Source of the DNA: Macrostomum lignano
Lineage: Eukaryota
NCBI GenBank assembly: GCA_002269645.1
Contig: NIVC01000397.1
Coordinates: 1 to 64,000 of the forward strand
Direction of reading: 5' to 3'
DNA length: 64,000 nucleotides
The position numbers and the translations under genes are program-made. The notes under the pieces were generated by a model. That model made no database searches. It saw nothing but the letters and a program-made list of their open reading frames with translations, and was not told where the DNA came from. Below are positions 12,990-25,956 of this stretch, piece by piece. How positions within the stretch are numbered: the first letter of the stretch is position 1; each line of letters begins with the position of its first letter.

Positions 12990-14070
12990 ATTCAGAGATG
13001 CAGATTCAAGGACGGGAGATTCAGGGATAGGGGATTCGGGGTCGGGGATGGGATGATTTATGGATGGGAGATTAAGGGATGGAAGATTCAGTGATGAGGA
13101 GATTCAGGGATGGGGGCAAAAGGGATGGGAGATTCAGGGATGGGAGATTCAGGGATGGGGGCAAAAGGGATGGGAGATTCAGGGATGGGAGATTCAGGGA
13201 TGGGAGATTCAGGGATGGGAGATTCAGGGATAGCGAGATTCAGGGATGGGAGATTCAGGGATGGGAGATTCAGGAATGGGGCCATAAAGGGATGAGGAGA
13301 TTCAGGGAGAGGGGCATATAGGGATTGGGAGATTCAGGGATGGGGAGATTCAGGGAGAGGGGCATAAAGAGATTGGGAGATTCAGGGATGGGGAGATTCA
13401 GGGAGAGGGGCATAAAGGGATTGGGAGATTCAGGGATGGGGAGATTCAGGGAGAGGGGCATAAAGGGATTGGGAGATTCTGGGATAGGGAGATTCAGGGA
13501 GAGGGGCATAAAGGGATTGGGAGATTCAGGGATGGGGAGATTCAGGGAAAGGGGCATAAAGGGATGGGGAGTTTCAGGGATGGGGAGATGCAGGGAAAGG
13601 GGCATAAAGGGATGGGGAATTTCAGGGATGGGGAGATTCAGGGAAAGGGGCATAAAGGGATTGGGAGATTCAGGGATGGGGAGATTCAGGGAAAGGGGCA
13701 TAAAGGGATGGGGAGTTTCAGGGATGGGAGATTCAGGGATGGGAGATTCAGGGATGGGGAGATTCAAGGATGGGAGATTCAGGGATGGGAGTTCCAGGGA
13801 TGGGAGATTCAGGAATGGGGGCATAATGGGATGAGGAGATTCAGGGATGGGGAGATTCGGGGAGAGGGGCATAAAAGGATGGGGAGATTCAGGGAGAGGG
13901 GCATAAAGGGATTGGGAGATTCAGGGATGGGAGTTTCAGGGATAGGAGATTCAGGGATGGGAGATTCAGGAAGGGGGTACAGGAATGGGAGATTCAGGAA
14001 TAAAAAGATTCGGGGATGGGGAGACTTAGAAACGGGGAGATTCAGGGATGAGAGATTCAGGGATGGCTGG
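12990..14070. repeat. G-rich minisatellite, 15-bp GGGATGGGAGATTCA with ~47-bp higher-order unit
   Basis: Direct reading; accounts for the repetitive ORFs here. Confidence 0.95.
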
Positions 14071-14724
14071 CAAGATTTAATAGAAGGAAAGAGCTCAAAG
14101 AATTTTAAGAAACGGTAAGCATATACAATTATAAAACCAGAAACAGGAAATTCAGAAATGAAGGAAAGTGAAAATCAGCAGCCTCTTTATCAATTCCACA
14201 GACCCCAAATTTGCATAGAAATTATGAATAAAACCAAATCGATAATTCTGTTTAGAACTCTAAAAAGAAAGCAATCAACTAATCTACTGACCCGTAAATG
14301 AAGTAGAGGCAAGGGTGAGATTGAACTAACTGATAGAGGACAATCAATTGGCGCCTTTCTACCAAACCTAGTCCAGACGCTTATAACGAAGTCCTTGCCC
14401 TATATATATGTATGTCATAATCGACTTTTTCTTCTATCCGTCACTCTTGACCTGCAGGAGAGTTCCAGCAAATAGCGAGCGCTGTGAAGTGGAAAGTGGA
14501 GAACTGAACAAATAAATCATCAATCTGGATGGTTAATATCCTGTCTGAAGAGCGGATTGATTTTGCAAACTGCCAAATGTTTGGAATATGAAGCAGCCGA
14601 CTGCTGTTGCATGTGATAAAGAAACAAGTAATATAAAAAACTAACTAAAATAAAGTAGCAGGAACTTTGGAGTCGCCAAAAACATGTAAAGGATGGTCAG
14701 GTCTACAAGCTGTGAAATGGGGGT

Positions 14725-15890
14725 AACAGTGTGCTCAAAAACACCTGTGGAGGGTAATACTGTGCTCAAATACACCTGTGGAGTGGGGGTAATAGTGTGC
14801 TCAAAAGCACCTGTGGGATGGCGGTAACAGTGTGCTCAAAAACACCTTGGAATGGGGTGACAGTGTGCTCAAAAACACCTGTGGAATGGGGTGACAGTGT
14901 GCTCAAAAACACCTGTGGAATGGGGTGACAGTGTGCTCAAAAACACCTTGGAATGGGGTGACAGTGTGCTCAAAAACACTTCTAGAGGGGGTAACAGTGT
15001 GCTCAAAAGCACCTGTTGAATGGGGTGACAGTGTGCTCAAAAGCACCTGTTGAATGGGGTAACAGTGTGCTCAAAAGCACCTGTGGAATTGGCCGTAACA
15101 GTGTGCTCAAAAACACCTGTGGAATGGGGTGACAATGTGCTCAAAAACACCTTGGAATGGGGTGACAGTGTGCTCAAAAACACTTCTAGAGGGGGTAACA
15201 GTGTGCTCAAAAGCACCTGTTGAATGGGGTGACAGTGTGCTCAAAAGCACCTGTTGAATGGGGTAACAGTGTGCTCAAAAGCACCTGTGGAATTGGCCGT
15301 AACAGTGTGCTCAAAAACACCTGTGGAATGGGAGTGACAGTGTGCTCAAAAACACCTTGGAATGGGGGATAACAGTGTGCTCAAAAACACCTGTGGAATG
15401 GGAGTGACAGTGTGCTCAAAAACACCTGTGGAATAGGAGTGACAGTGTGCTCAAAAACACCTGTGGAATGGGGTGACAGTGTGCTCAAAAACACCTGTGG
15501 AATGGGAGTGACAGTGTGCTCAAAAACACCTTGGAATGGGGGATAACAGTGTGCTCAAAAACACCTGTGGAATGGGAGTGACAGTGTGCTCAAAAACACC
15601 TTGGAATGGGGGATAACAGTGTGCTCAAAAACACCTGTGGAATGGGAGTGACAGTGTGCTCAAAAACACCTGTGGAATAGGAGTGACAGTGTGCTCAAAA
15701 ACACCTGTGGAATGGGGTGACAGTGTGCTCAAAAACACCTGTGGAATAGGAGTGACAGTGTGCTCAAAAACACCTGTGGAATAGGAGTGACAGTGTGCTC
15801 AAAAACACCTGTGGAATGGGGTGACAGTGTGCTCAAAAACACCTGTGGAATGGGGGTGACAGTGTGCTCAAAAACACCTGTGGAATGGGG
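14725..15890. repeat. 33-36 bp minisatellite ACAGTGTGCTCAAAAACACCTGTGGAATGGGGTG
   Basis: About 33 tandem copies. Confidence 0.95.
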
Positions 15891-15958
15891 GCAGCACAGC
15901 TAGGTCCTCATACACCGTGTTAGAAAACTTTACGCGTGTATATAAAGCAATGACTCAC

Positions 15959-16005
15959 TGATACATATAGAAGAAGTAGCTGGTGGACAGACTGAATAGC
16001 AGAAC
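15959..16005 (-). CDS. TMEM135: TMEM135 exon 6
   Basis: tttcag|VLLFSLSTSYFFYMY|gtgagt, 47 bp; human counterpart VLLFCITAAMYMFFFR. Confidence 0.85.
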
Positions 16006-16081
16006 CTGAAATTGTTAAGTAAAGATACTCAAACAGTCCTGGAACATTATTGTTAATTGCATTAGAAATGTCGGCTTTTAC

Positions 16082-16147
16082 CTCGCCATACGGCACTGGC
16101 CGAACCAAATTTCTCGCCTTCAGCATCCTATAGACCGCATCAGCAGC
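16082..16147 (-). CDS. TMEM135: TMEM135 exon 5
   Basis: ccag|AADAVYRMLKARNLVRPVPYGE|gtaaaa, 66 bp; human [22 protein letters not shown]. Confidence 0.88.
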
Positions 16148-16225
16148 CTGGCAACAAAAATTATGCAATAAAATTTGCTATTATTGCTACCAAGATGATT
16201 TTGAAGAGCAGCAGTTCAAACTTAC

Positions 16226-16259
16226 AACGTTTGTCATGTAGACAGCTAACATTTGACGA
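16226..16259 (-). CDS. TMEM135: TMEM135 exon 4
   Basis: ttttcag|(R)RQMLAVYMTNV|gtaagt, 34 bp; human RRGLLTIYMANL. Confidence 0.88.
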
Positions 16260-16344
16260 CTGAAAATACGAAATTAAAAGTATATATTGATTGTAGCATA
16301 TAGGAATATATGGGAACGGGTAATATCCATTACAGATCCAGAAA

Positions 16345-16355
16345 GACAGACAGAA

Positions 16356-16412
<57 letters not shown>

Positions 16413-16900
16413 GGCAGACAAACACTAAGACACTAAAACAGACACTAAGACAGACAGACAAGAACACAAAACACAGGCACTAAGGCAAGCTGACAGACAG
16501 GTAAAGTGGCAGAGATACAGACAGACAGACAGACAGACATTAAGACAGACAGATACAGACAGACAGACAGATAGATAGCCACTAAGACACTAAAACAGAC
16601 AGACAGGTAAAGTGGCAGAGATACAGACAGACAGACAGACAGACAGACATTAAGACAGACAGATACAGACAGACAGATAGATAGCCACTAAGACACTAAA
16701 ACAGACAGACAGGTAAAGTGGCAGAGATACAGACAGACAGACAGACAGACATTAAGACAGACAGATACAGACAGACAGATAGATAGCTACTAAGACACTA
16801 AGACAGACAGACAGGGACACAAAACACAAAAGACAGGCACTAAGGCAAGCTGACAGACAGGTAAAATGGCACAGATACAGACAGATAGACATGAAGACAG
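16345..16900. repeat. Compound (AGAC)n microsatellite in TMEM135 intron 3
   Basis: Direct reading. Confidence 0.9.
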
Positions 16901-17128
16901 GAAGACATTAGGAGTTAGGACATAGAGACAGACACAGTAGCAGCACCTTTAATTGGAGGGGGGCAATTGGGTGGTCATCCCCTGGTGGAATAGGAAGGTT
17001 GTCACCTTCACTACCATTGTACAAGCAAGCAGCACACAATAAGCTATATATATAGATAGCAATCAAAATTGTATACATAGACAGACAGAGTTTTGATTTT
17101 TATAGGTAGAGAAAAGTTAGAAGCTTAC

Positions 17129-17224
17129 CGCTGTTGCCTCTCAAAGCAAATAGCCAGTGCAGAGGAGGCAAGTCCTGGTAGGAAGCCAGTATTAGCCATT
17201 GTAAAGCTTTTGCTAATGAGGTGT
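17129..17224 (-). CDS. TMEM135: TMEM135 exon 3
   Basis: ttttag|(R)HLISKSFTMANTGFLPGLASSALAICFERQQR|gtaagc, 96 bp; human [31 protein letters not shown]. Confidence 0.88.
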
Positions 17225-17554
17225 CTAAAATGCAAAAATTAGGTAAAAATAAGGGTTGCTAAATAAAATAAAAACAATTAAAAGGCATTAAATCAACCAA
17301 TTAGCTATCTAAAGTGCAGGTATTTAGAAAATAAAAAGTATAGAACAAACTTATACTATTTTCGATGTATGTAGACAATAATAGACTTATAAAAATTTAG
17401 ATTTTGTATACTTTTTATAATAATAAAAACACTTACTTTTTAGAATACATATATATTTATTTTTGCAATATGTTTCTTATATAAACCAGTTTGTTATTTT
17501 AGCTAATTTTAATAACTTAAAAAATGACTTTGAAAACATAGCTAACTAACTTAC

Positions 17555-17700
17555 CTCCATAAACAAACTGCCATTATGAATGACAAGGCATTAGTACCAA
17601 GGAAAAATGATGATCTAAATAGTTCTGGAAACACTTGCATCAACTGTTTATAGATAGTTGATTTGCCTTGATTTTTCCTTTTTCTTATAAACAGTGACAA
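17555..17700 (-). CDS. TMEM135: TMEM135 exon 2
   Basis: tttcag|LSLFIRKRK...FPELFRSSFFLGTNALSFIMAVCLWR|gtaagt, 146 bp; splice phases are consistent with neighbouring exons. Confidence 0.9.
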
Positions 17701-17808
17701 CTGAAATAGAGAAATAGTTTAAATAGTCACTTAAATATGGTAAAAAGACAAGTATTAAGCCAAGGATAAAACTTAAATTCTATATTCAATCATTTCTTTA
17801 TCTTTAAA

Positions 17809-18323
17809 GGCAGTGCTTATCCCCACGGTACCGTAGGAATAATTTCTGTCTTATTCCAACGGTACCGTGCGAATAATTTTCTGCTTATCCGCACGGCACA
17901 CTGACGAGATAGCTGCCCTACACGTCCTCTGTTTTATTCCCTCTGCTTTACTAGCTGCCCTATCTGCTACAATATGCTGTGCGTGAATAGTTTATAGCTT
18001 ATTGAAAGGGAATTTGAACTGAGGATACTAAGAAGCTGTTGATCTTGATGTATAAACTCGAATCAGTTCTAGACTAGTATATGCATGTGTAAATGCGTGT
18101 TATTCTGCTTTACTGATACCCTTCTGTATACTTATTCAACAATAATTCAACAAAGTTGTTATACTGCACTCAAATCGTATGTACTAAACTTCCCACGGCA
18201 TATGTAGAAGATAGGGCAGCTATCTCGTCAGTGTGCCGTGCGGATAAGCAGAAAATTATTCGCACGGTACCGTTGGAATAAGACAGAAATTATTCCTACG
18301 GTACCGTGGGGATAAGCACTGCC
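17809..18323. mobile_element. 515-bp MULE/Mutator-like MITE in TMEM135 intron 1
   Basis: Perfect 112-bp TIRs (17809-17920 / 18212-18323) starting GGCAGTG; exact 9-bp TSD ATCTTTAAA (17800-17808 / 18324-18332). Confidence 0.93.
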
Positions 18324-18626
18324 ATCTTTAAAAACTTCTATCTCATATTTAAGCCTTTTTCTATGATTTGGATTAGATCCAATTTAATATTGAATTCCAT
18401 AATTTAATGAAATTTATTACCACCAATCCATAAATCACTGATCAGTGGCTCAGTGCCATGATCAGTGCCATGTTGTAGTTTGCAATGTCAGGTTCCAAGG
18501 AATCCAAGACTAAGTTCTAAACACGCTTAGTCTTCTTACAAACTGAAATTTCTACAATACAATTTACACTAAACTACTGAATCTAGCTGAATTTTACATG
18601 AGGCTATACGGCTATACTACACTTAC

Positions 18627-18785
18627 AATATACAACGGTAAGTAAATTTTGAAGGCCGACTTATAGCTAGCAAAAGCCACTGCTTTCCACGCTTGAAGAC
18701 AGCTTGCAGACCACGTATGGCAGACCTCATAGCATGTGAAGCCATGTAGAGCATTCTTCTCTGAATATTTGCTTAGGACAGCCAT
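18627..18785 (-). CDS. TMEM135: TMEM135 exon 1
   Basis: MAVLSKYSEKNALHGFTCYEVCHTWSASCLQAWKAVAFASYKSAFKIYLPLYI|gtaagt; human [23 protein letters not shown]...LKIYAPLYL. Confidence 0.92.
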
Positions 18786-21700
18786 TCTTGTCTATTTTTT
18801 ATTTTAGTGAAAAGATGATTTCATCAATATAATTTAAAATTGTATAATTCAATAAACACGTGCTTACATAATTGGAATTTGTTTCTATTAATGCATGTAT
18901 TTAAAATAAAACGCGAGCTTTAACAAAAACTCTTTTCGATTCAATCGATTCTAAATGATTTCTTGTTGCGTTTTACTTCAGTTTTTAAGCAGTAAAGTGC
19001 TTTTTAAGCAAAATATTCTACACTTAGTTGGAAAACAAGATATTTAGGGGGAGCGGGTCAGGGCCAAGACCCTCTCCGTTTCGATTGATGGTGAAAAATA
19101 AAAAAGGATTATATTAATTAACATTTTTCATTACAATCTATATGTCTTCATACAGACAAGTCAGATCCAATTAACTAAGGTTAAAGTGAAAGCGGGCAAA
19201 ATCCTATTTCTTCATATAGTTCAACTTTAACTCTTCCCAAGCCGAAAAGTCTTAGTCTTCCATGGCACTTCCTTCATCTGTTGAAAGAAAATTTCGATCA
19301 TATGCCAAAACGAATATCCAGTTCAGGCAGAACAAAATAGCTTTCCACACTCTTTTCCAAAACGATGTGTTTCCTGAATCGAGTACCCAGACCCACACTC
19401 GAACGCAATGTTTCTTATGGATTTGGCATCCACATATGCAAGCAATTGTTCTCATCAATGCAAGGATAGGAACACTTGTAAACTGTGATCGGTATTATGC
19501 GCTTAATCCCATCCCCACCCTCAATAGGCTCCCGCTCGGCTGCAGCACCGCCCGCGCATCGTGTAAATCCAATCAGCGCGTTGGCGCAGAACACGACGGA
19601 TTCCTACGGAAGATGCAATAAACAGTGCGGAAATGCCCAAGCGGCTGTTTTCTCTCTGTACAATAGAGAAGCAACGGAGGCTCCCGCTGCTGTCATCGGC
19701 TATATAGACCCCCAGCTAGCGGTGGAGAAAAAAATAACGAGAACTTTGATGGGAGAGCCACCGCGCCGCTTCTGCTGCCGCTGCTCCTGCTTGCTGCTAC
19801 TGCTAGATGCCTCAGCGGAGGCAAACAAGCTGAAATTCATCTCTCTTACTCCAAAAGCTGCCCCCACCCGATGGCACACGCGTCTCTTTTTTGATTGAAG
19901 CGCGGCGCGGGGCGGTTGTTGAAGAAATGCGCTATTTCGGCAGCTATAATACCCGCTTCTGTATACACGCGGCCCCCCCTCTCAGTTCAAATAGCTGTCA
20001 GATGCAGTTCTCAGCTCTCCATATAGCATAATGCTTATGGAATGAAGTGTCTGTCGGTCTTTTTTCCTCTCGGCTCACAATTTTAGAAGCCTGAGCAATA
20101 GTAGGGACTCAACTCATTCCTGCGGGTAGAAATGGAAAGAGAATTCACTAAACAGGAAGGAAGGATAGAGATGGTAGAGAAATCAGGTGCACAATTGATA
20201 GACGAAATGGCTTTGCCTTCAACAAGAAGCCACGCCAGGTTGGAAAGAGATTTGAGTCCGTTAAAGAAAGAAAGAAATGAGCTGATGAGGGGTGAAGGCC
20301 TTCTCTTGGATAACCATTGTGTTTGCGCTGTCACACCTGACTGATGTGTGTGACAGGTGTTCAGTTAGCTGCAGCAGGCTTTAAATATAACTGAGGCGGT
20401 ATATAAATTATAATCAAGAAAGAGGAGAGCAGAGATACTCGTAAAAGCGGAGCAATGAAAAAGAGACGAAAAGTTAAGAAAAAGAGTCGACAGATGAAGC
20501 ATAGAGACTGCAAACAGAGATGAAATATGGCATTGCAGACTGAGAGACAAATGATAGCTCTATAGCTGACCCTTACAATGCGATAGCTATATGAGAGACT
20601 GTCGAAAAAAAGTTACTGAAAAACTTTTGCATGCCGCTAGCCGAAATTCCGAGTTAAATTTAAAGCTCTGAGTACAAGCTAAAATGAGAGGAAAGTTAAG
20701 AAATTAAAACAAAGTATGTACTCGAAGCTATACGTATTTCAGATCAGGGAAGACTGAACCAACTTAAAATGTACGTGGCACTTTAGTACAATGAAATAAT
20801 GAACTTGCGGAGCATTAAATTCTTCAGACAAAAGACTTACTCTATGCGATTTTATGAGTATATTAAAAATTAGCTTTACTATATTTTACCAGAACAACCC
20901 AACCCCTGCACCAGGAGCATGACAAGAGTTGAATTGAAATAAAGGTTGACAGTTGTTCATGCAGCTTCCGCTCAATTCACTCGCGCAGTGTCAACCCCTC
21001 TCCCCACCCCCGCCGTGAGGCCTGCTGCCACTCCTGTTGCATGATAGCTTTTGCATATAGCACCGCTCAAAACCGAAACACAACCAAAACCAGACAGTAT
21101 ATAGTGAGCACAGTTTTGTAAATTTGAGCTCAGAGTCTACAGGCCCACACACGACATAACTCGTACTAAATAATTTCTGCAGTTTGATAGCGGGCAGTCA
21201 GACAGAAAGAGAAAGACTGCATGTCAAAAAAGCAGTCTGGGCCTGTGTCGATGTTTTGAAATATTTACAAAATCGAAATTTTGAGTCATGCAGACCCTAA
21301 TTATACTAATCAGTTCCCATAGTGGAGCCCGCTGCTGATCTTCAGCCAATCTCAGACATACAAATTGCTTTCTAATACGTTATTAAGAAACAGTTAGCAG
21401 TCCTATCTGATGAGAGTAATAAATATCCAAATCCCAAGGGTCTAAAACAGTGTGCAGCTTAGCAATATCCCCCAGCGTGGTTGGCTGACTCATTCATCTC
21501 AAGGCTCGTTTCCCCAAGGCCATGCGTAATGCTGAGTTATCTCAATGCCAAGGAAGGATATACGGAATGAATTTTGGAGAAAATGAACGACAAAGCTTTC
21601 GAATTATATTTACGGATCTTGGATTCCATAAAATATGTAGTATAATACTTCTCAGCATAGACATTTATTTAGTACACAGATATCGTAAGTAGTATGCAAA

Positions 21701-24033
21701 CCGTTAACTAAGGTAATTATCATTTGAAACTGTCAGCTAAATTCTATGTACACTACGCAAATAAAACGCTGAAACTTTGTTATTGCATTCGCTTTTTTAG
21801 AAGACAAAAACATGAGAATTAGGACCAGTCATAATTCAGACGGACATGCAACAGATGGTTGATAGAAAACTCAAATCAGTATTTGTTCATCATCCTAGTA
21901 ACCGGACAGTTTACCTTGGAGATCAAGAGTTATTGTCCGTAGCTAAGGTAAACAACCGGTTGTTATGCGAGTATTTTTTTGTTTAAAAACGATAAAAACT
22001 GCTATAAAAACATTTGATTTGAAACAAAGAGCATTCATTGGTATAGAAAATTTGACTCAAACTAATACAAAAGCTAAAAGTACATGAAACTTTTAAAGTA
22101 AAAATTAATTATTCGGGCGCGGCAGGTGAAGCTCGACCTAATTCGTACTGACTGCTTTTGCTAAAAGCAATAGCAAACTGATCACAAATTATAGTTCGCG
22201 ACTTGAGTTCAGACGCTAAAAAAGTTTAGTTTAAATACAAATAGAAAAAGAGATCAGAACTAAGCTCAGATTGGAGGAAGATATTTTTAGCGACAAAAAC
22301 AGATTATTACAAACACAGGTGAAACTCTGACGCAAGCTATGTAGCTACACTAATGTAAGACAGAAATATAGTATGATTGGCAGGGTTGTCAAGGGTACCA
22401 GTGCTGTCAGAAGTGTTCGATGTGTCTGGGGGTGTCAGGGGTTGTCAGGGATGTCAGTTGTCAGAGATGTCAGGGTTGTCGGAGGCGTCAGAGGTGTCAG
22501 GGGTGTCAGGGGTGTCAGGAGTGTCAGAGGTGTCACTGTTAGGGTGATCGAGTTGTGATTAGAAGTCTAAAAAAGACTATCCATTAAGCCATATATTGTA
22601 CACAGAAATAAATTGTATGAATGAAATACAACATTTGGAAATAGTTTGACAGTTTAAAATGAAAATTGATAGCCAAAAAAATACGCACAAACGCAACATA
22701 CCTACATATGCTACTGCAGCAATTACAGAGGTTAATTTGTAACAGAATAAGCTCGCGACTACAGGTGTTTCTGATATTCGAAACCTAGCGAACTAGAAGC
22801 AGCAAGAGTTGTCAACTATATCGCTAGATAATCGGCTGCATTGAAAACGCGCAATTTAATCGATGAAAATTGTGAAAGCAATTTTGGTCCGAAATGAGAT
22901 GAAAAAAAGAAAAATTTTCATATTTCGATAGACAAGTATTTTATGCAGTAAATAACATACAGTACTAACCAGTTGACTTTCTGTAATATGTAACAAAAGC
23001 TGTCGATAATTCATGAACTGTTTGTTACAGTGAAGCTACGTTGCCAATGACAACACGGTAAAAGTCAGCTGTACAAATACAAAAAGTACACAATCCAGTT
23101 ACTATCATCTACACGGTGAAATGAGTTAACTGACTTAGTCGCATGGCATAGCTGAACATATTGATAGCAGCAACTACAGCAGATACAAAGATAAACTGCC
23201 TGTCTGTGCATTACAATAATTCAATTGATTGCTTATATACAATGATGAATTTGCTAAATCTATTTTCTGTTTAAGCTCGTTAGCGAACGCATGCGAGAGA
23301 GAACGGTGGAGTTTCTGCAACGTTTCTCGATTGCTACCGCTTCTTCCAAGCAGGAGCAGACAATTATTGGATCGCAATTTTTTTCTGAAGATTTGCAGAT
23401 TCAAAGCCACAGAATTCGCTGATGCTGACTGGCTGGCTGAAGGATTATTGAAAAAAATTGACGACTTGTTAGAATCATAGGTGTCAGACAGTTAAATTAG
23501 GTGTCAGGGATGCCAAACTGTGTCAGGGCTGCTAAATTGTGTCAGGAGTGCCTAACAACTGTGTCAGGCGTGCCAAAAAACTTTGTCAGGGTTGCTAAAC
23601 TGTGTCAGGAATACTTCAGCTGTGTCAGTACTGTCAAATAAGTGTCAATGAGATCATAATTAAAGTCATAGCAACCTTTGTTAAAATATTGCAGACTGCA
23701 AGCGTTAATCTTAACGCTACACACCTTGTCTAACCAGGCCCAGATCAAATCACAGTGCTTGGTAGGGTCAGGCAGACCTGAGGGGACAGACCCCAAGGCA
23801 GCCAAATGGTCGCACAGCACAAGCGGCCAGAGCCAATGCTGTTTGATTGACAGGTAAGGGTATAAATTAGTTGATTAAAGCAGGGTGGCATTGCTTGAGG
23901 CTTGACTGGCTGCGCCACAAGTAATGCATTCTCTACCCAGGCAAAAGCTTTTCCTTGCGCTGGTAGGCTTGGGTGTTATCAATTGAAAATCACTGGACCG
24001 CCACCTCATACATAGAGTTTTCCTTACGCTAAG

Positions 24034-25956
24034 CCATAGAATTCTAGATAACTAACTGGAAGAGAAGGCTCACTTTTTCGTGGGTCGAAAGCGGACACAA
24101 CCGGGCCGAGTCATTTTAGCTTGTTTAAACGGCCTGCCTTTCCCTATCTCAGTCCCACTGACTAAGCGGGGTTTGAGGTGGGCAGGCTCTTCACAAGGCT
24201 TGGAAGTTTTTTGTCCTAGACAGGAGAAAAACCCTTCGGAGGGGAAGGAAGATCCCCGGTAAATCAGTGCTGTTTCTTTGTCTGTGATGCACACGGGGTA
24301 ACAGGCCCCCCACTTGAAAGCTGAACGCATGCACATTGGGTGTACATTTGCTCGCATGCTTTTGAGGATGCCTTCTCCACTTCACCCTAAATGAAAAGTT
24401 TATAAAGATTCGATATGATGCATGCTATATCAGAGACTATAGTCAGAGAAAAAGAATTGTTTATAAATACGCAGCTTACAACTACAGGTCTGGATCTGGA
24501 TATGCAACTACAAATAAAACTCCAGCGGTTCAATCTTCAGGAGCAGAAAGCAGAATATTTTCTCATGTCCTTCCTTTGCATGATTTTCAACTATTTGAAG
24601 AGTGGTCGCAACGAATTCGAAGGGTAAACTACCAACCCAGGACAGAATCTCAACTGTGCTCGTTGCACTTTATTGCCACCGATTTTCACACAACGTCACA
24701 ATATTCTTAGTGAGCGCAGGAGAAACAGCGACACTCTGAATAAGGAATGATGGTGTGCCGGTGTGCCCTCCATACAACAACAAAATGCGCTGTCAGCCAT
24801 TCCAGCGAGTCATGGTCATGAGAGACAAGGACAACGTCGCACGTTTCAGGGCCTGGGCGCGAACCGCCGGCCGCACCGCCGGCAGAGTCCGGGGCGCCGG
24901 CATTAGCCGGCAAGAAGTCGACGAAACACAGACTGCGTGCCTGTCCCCGCCGGTAGGGTGCCTGCAGCGACAGCAGCAGCACTTCCTGCACCGGCTGTGG
25001 ACTTTAGGACTCGGCTCGGATGATGTGGCCAGCTGGAGTCGTGGACGGCGCAAAAGTTTGCTGGGAAGGGACAGGCCAGTGCGGCGATATAGCCCGCATT
25101 GGTGACGTGCTCGCAGCCGATCTTAAAGACAGGCCAGCGTGCGCCGCATTGACCTGCTGTTCGAGCGAATCCGTCAGTGTCCAGGTCTCGGTGTTGTACA
25201 ACAGGACGGTCTCGATCACCGCCTTGAACAACGCCGCCCTCTGGCGGTCAGGCAGGGCCTCGGACTGCAGGACAGCCCTCACGAAACGGAAGGCAACCCA
25301 AGCAAGTCCACGGCGACGTGCTAGGTCCTCTGGAACATCAAGCACCATGGTCTGCAGACCGCCGAGGCAGACGAACTGCTGACAGTGCGGAAGCTTCGAC
25401 ACCTGCCTGTCAGCGTCTCGGTATTCGAAGCACGACGGTCTTCTGCGTGTTGACCCCCAGGCCGACGCTCGCAGCAACGCTCACAAGCTGGTCCAGCTGG
25501 CGCTGGGCGCGTTCGACGGTCGGCAGGAAGAGACTCGACGAAATCGTCGAGTTTGACCGCGATGCATCAGGTGAAATCGATCGCCGGAAAGTACCGCGAT
25601 GCAGTGGCGATGGTACCGCGATGCATCTTCTTCATAGATTAGATTAAGCAGCTAATTTATGTTCATACTATGATTTTTTACTGATCCTATGTGTTTACTT
25701 TGCGGCTTTGCAAAAATATTAGTTTTGTTAAGATATGTCACAAATACCTTTAGTGACTCTTAATAAGCACTGACTTGTTAATTAAAAAAATAAACTTAAA
25801 GAATTAAATATTACTCTTAATAACAGCAGCCAATTATTAGTGAAAACATTAGTGTTGAATAAGGCAGCCAGAAAACATGCAGGCTCCCACTCGGCCCGGT
25901 TGTGTCCGCCCCCCAAAAAAGCCTTCGCTTCCAGTTAGTTATCTAGAATTCTATGG
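24034..25956. mobile_element. ~1.9 kb TIR element with CCATAG...CTATGG ends; superfamily unassigned
   Basis: 37-bp TIRs CCATAGAATTCTAGATAACTAACTGGAAGAGAAGGCT (1 mismatch), flanked by direct repeat CTAAG (24029-24033 / 25957-25961). Confidence 0.85.
24774..25535 (-). mobile_element. 5'-truncated, frameshifted RTE-clade non-LTR retrotransposon fragment
   Basis: Translates to AQRQLDQL...VGLGVNTQKT...RRRGLAWVAF...ALFKAVIETVLLYNTETWTLT...AGHIIRAES, the post-RT/thumb region typical of RTE elements; ends in a (TTG)n tail. Confidence 0.88.

Noticed and set aside
13079-14118. Long repetitive ORFs here and over other arrays (33565-35216, 36825-39052, 43154-43664, 45697-46721, 47806-50868, 52478-53137)
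   Set aside because: They are translations of tandem repeats open in several frames, with no splice or homology support
14440-14605. Open minus-strand frame HSRLLHIPNIWQF... in phase with TMEM135 exon 6
   Set aside because: No convincing match to TMEM135 and a poor donor
19540-19990. GC-rich, CCAAT-containing stretch as the TMEM135 promoter (similarly 28560-28660 for frizzled)
   Set aside because: Short motifs are expected by chance; no TSS evidence from sequence alone
20132-20344. 70-aa ORF MEREFTKQEG...
   Set aside because: No recognised domain or splice context
23229-23480. 83-aa ORF with SSLANACER, weakly like a hAT dimerisation motif
   Set aside because: Motif match too short; no other transposase features
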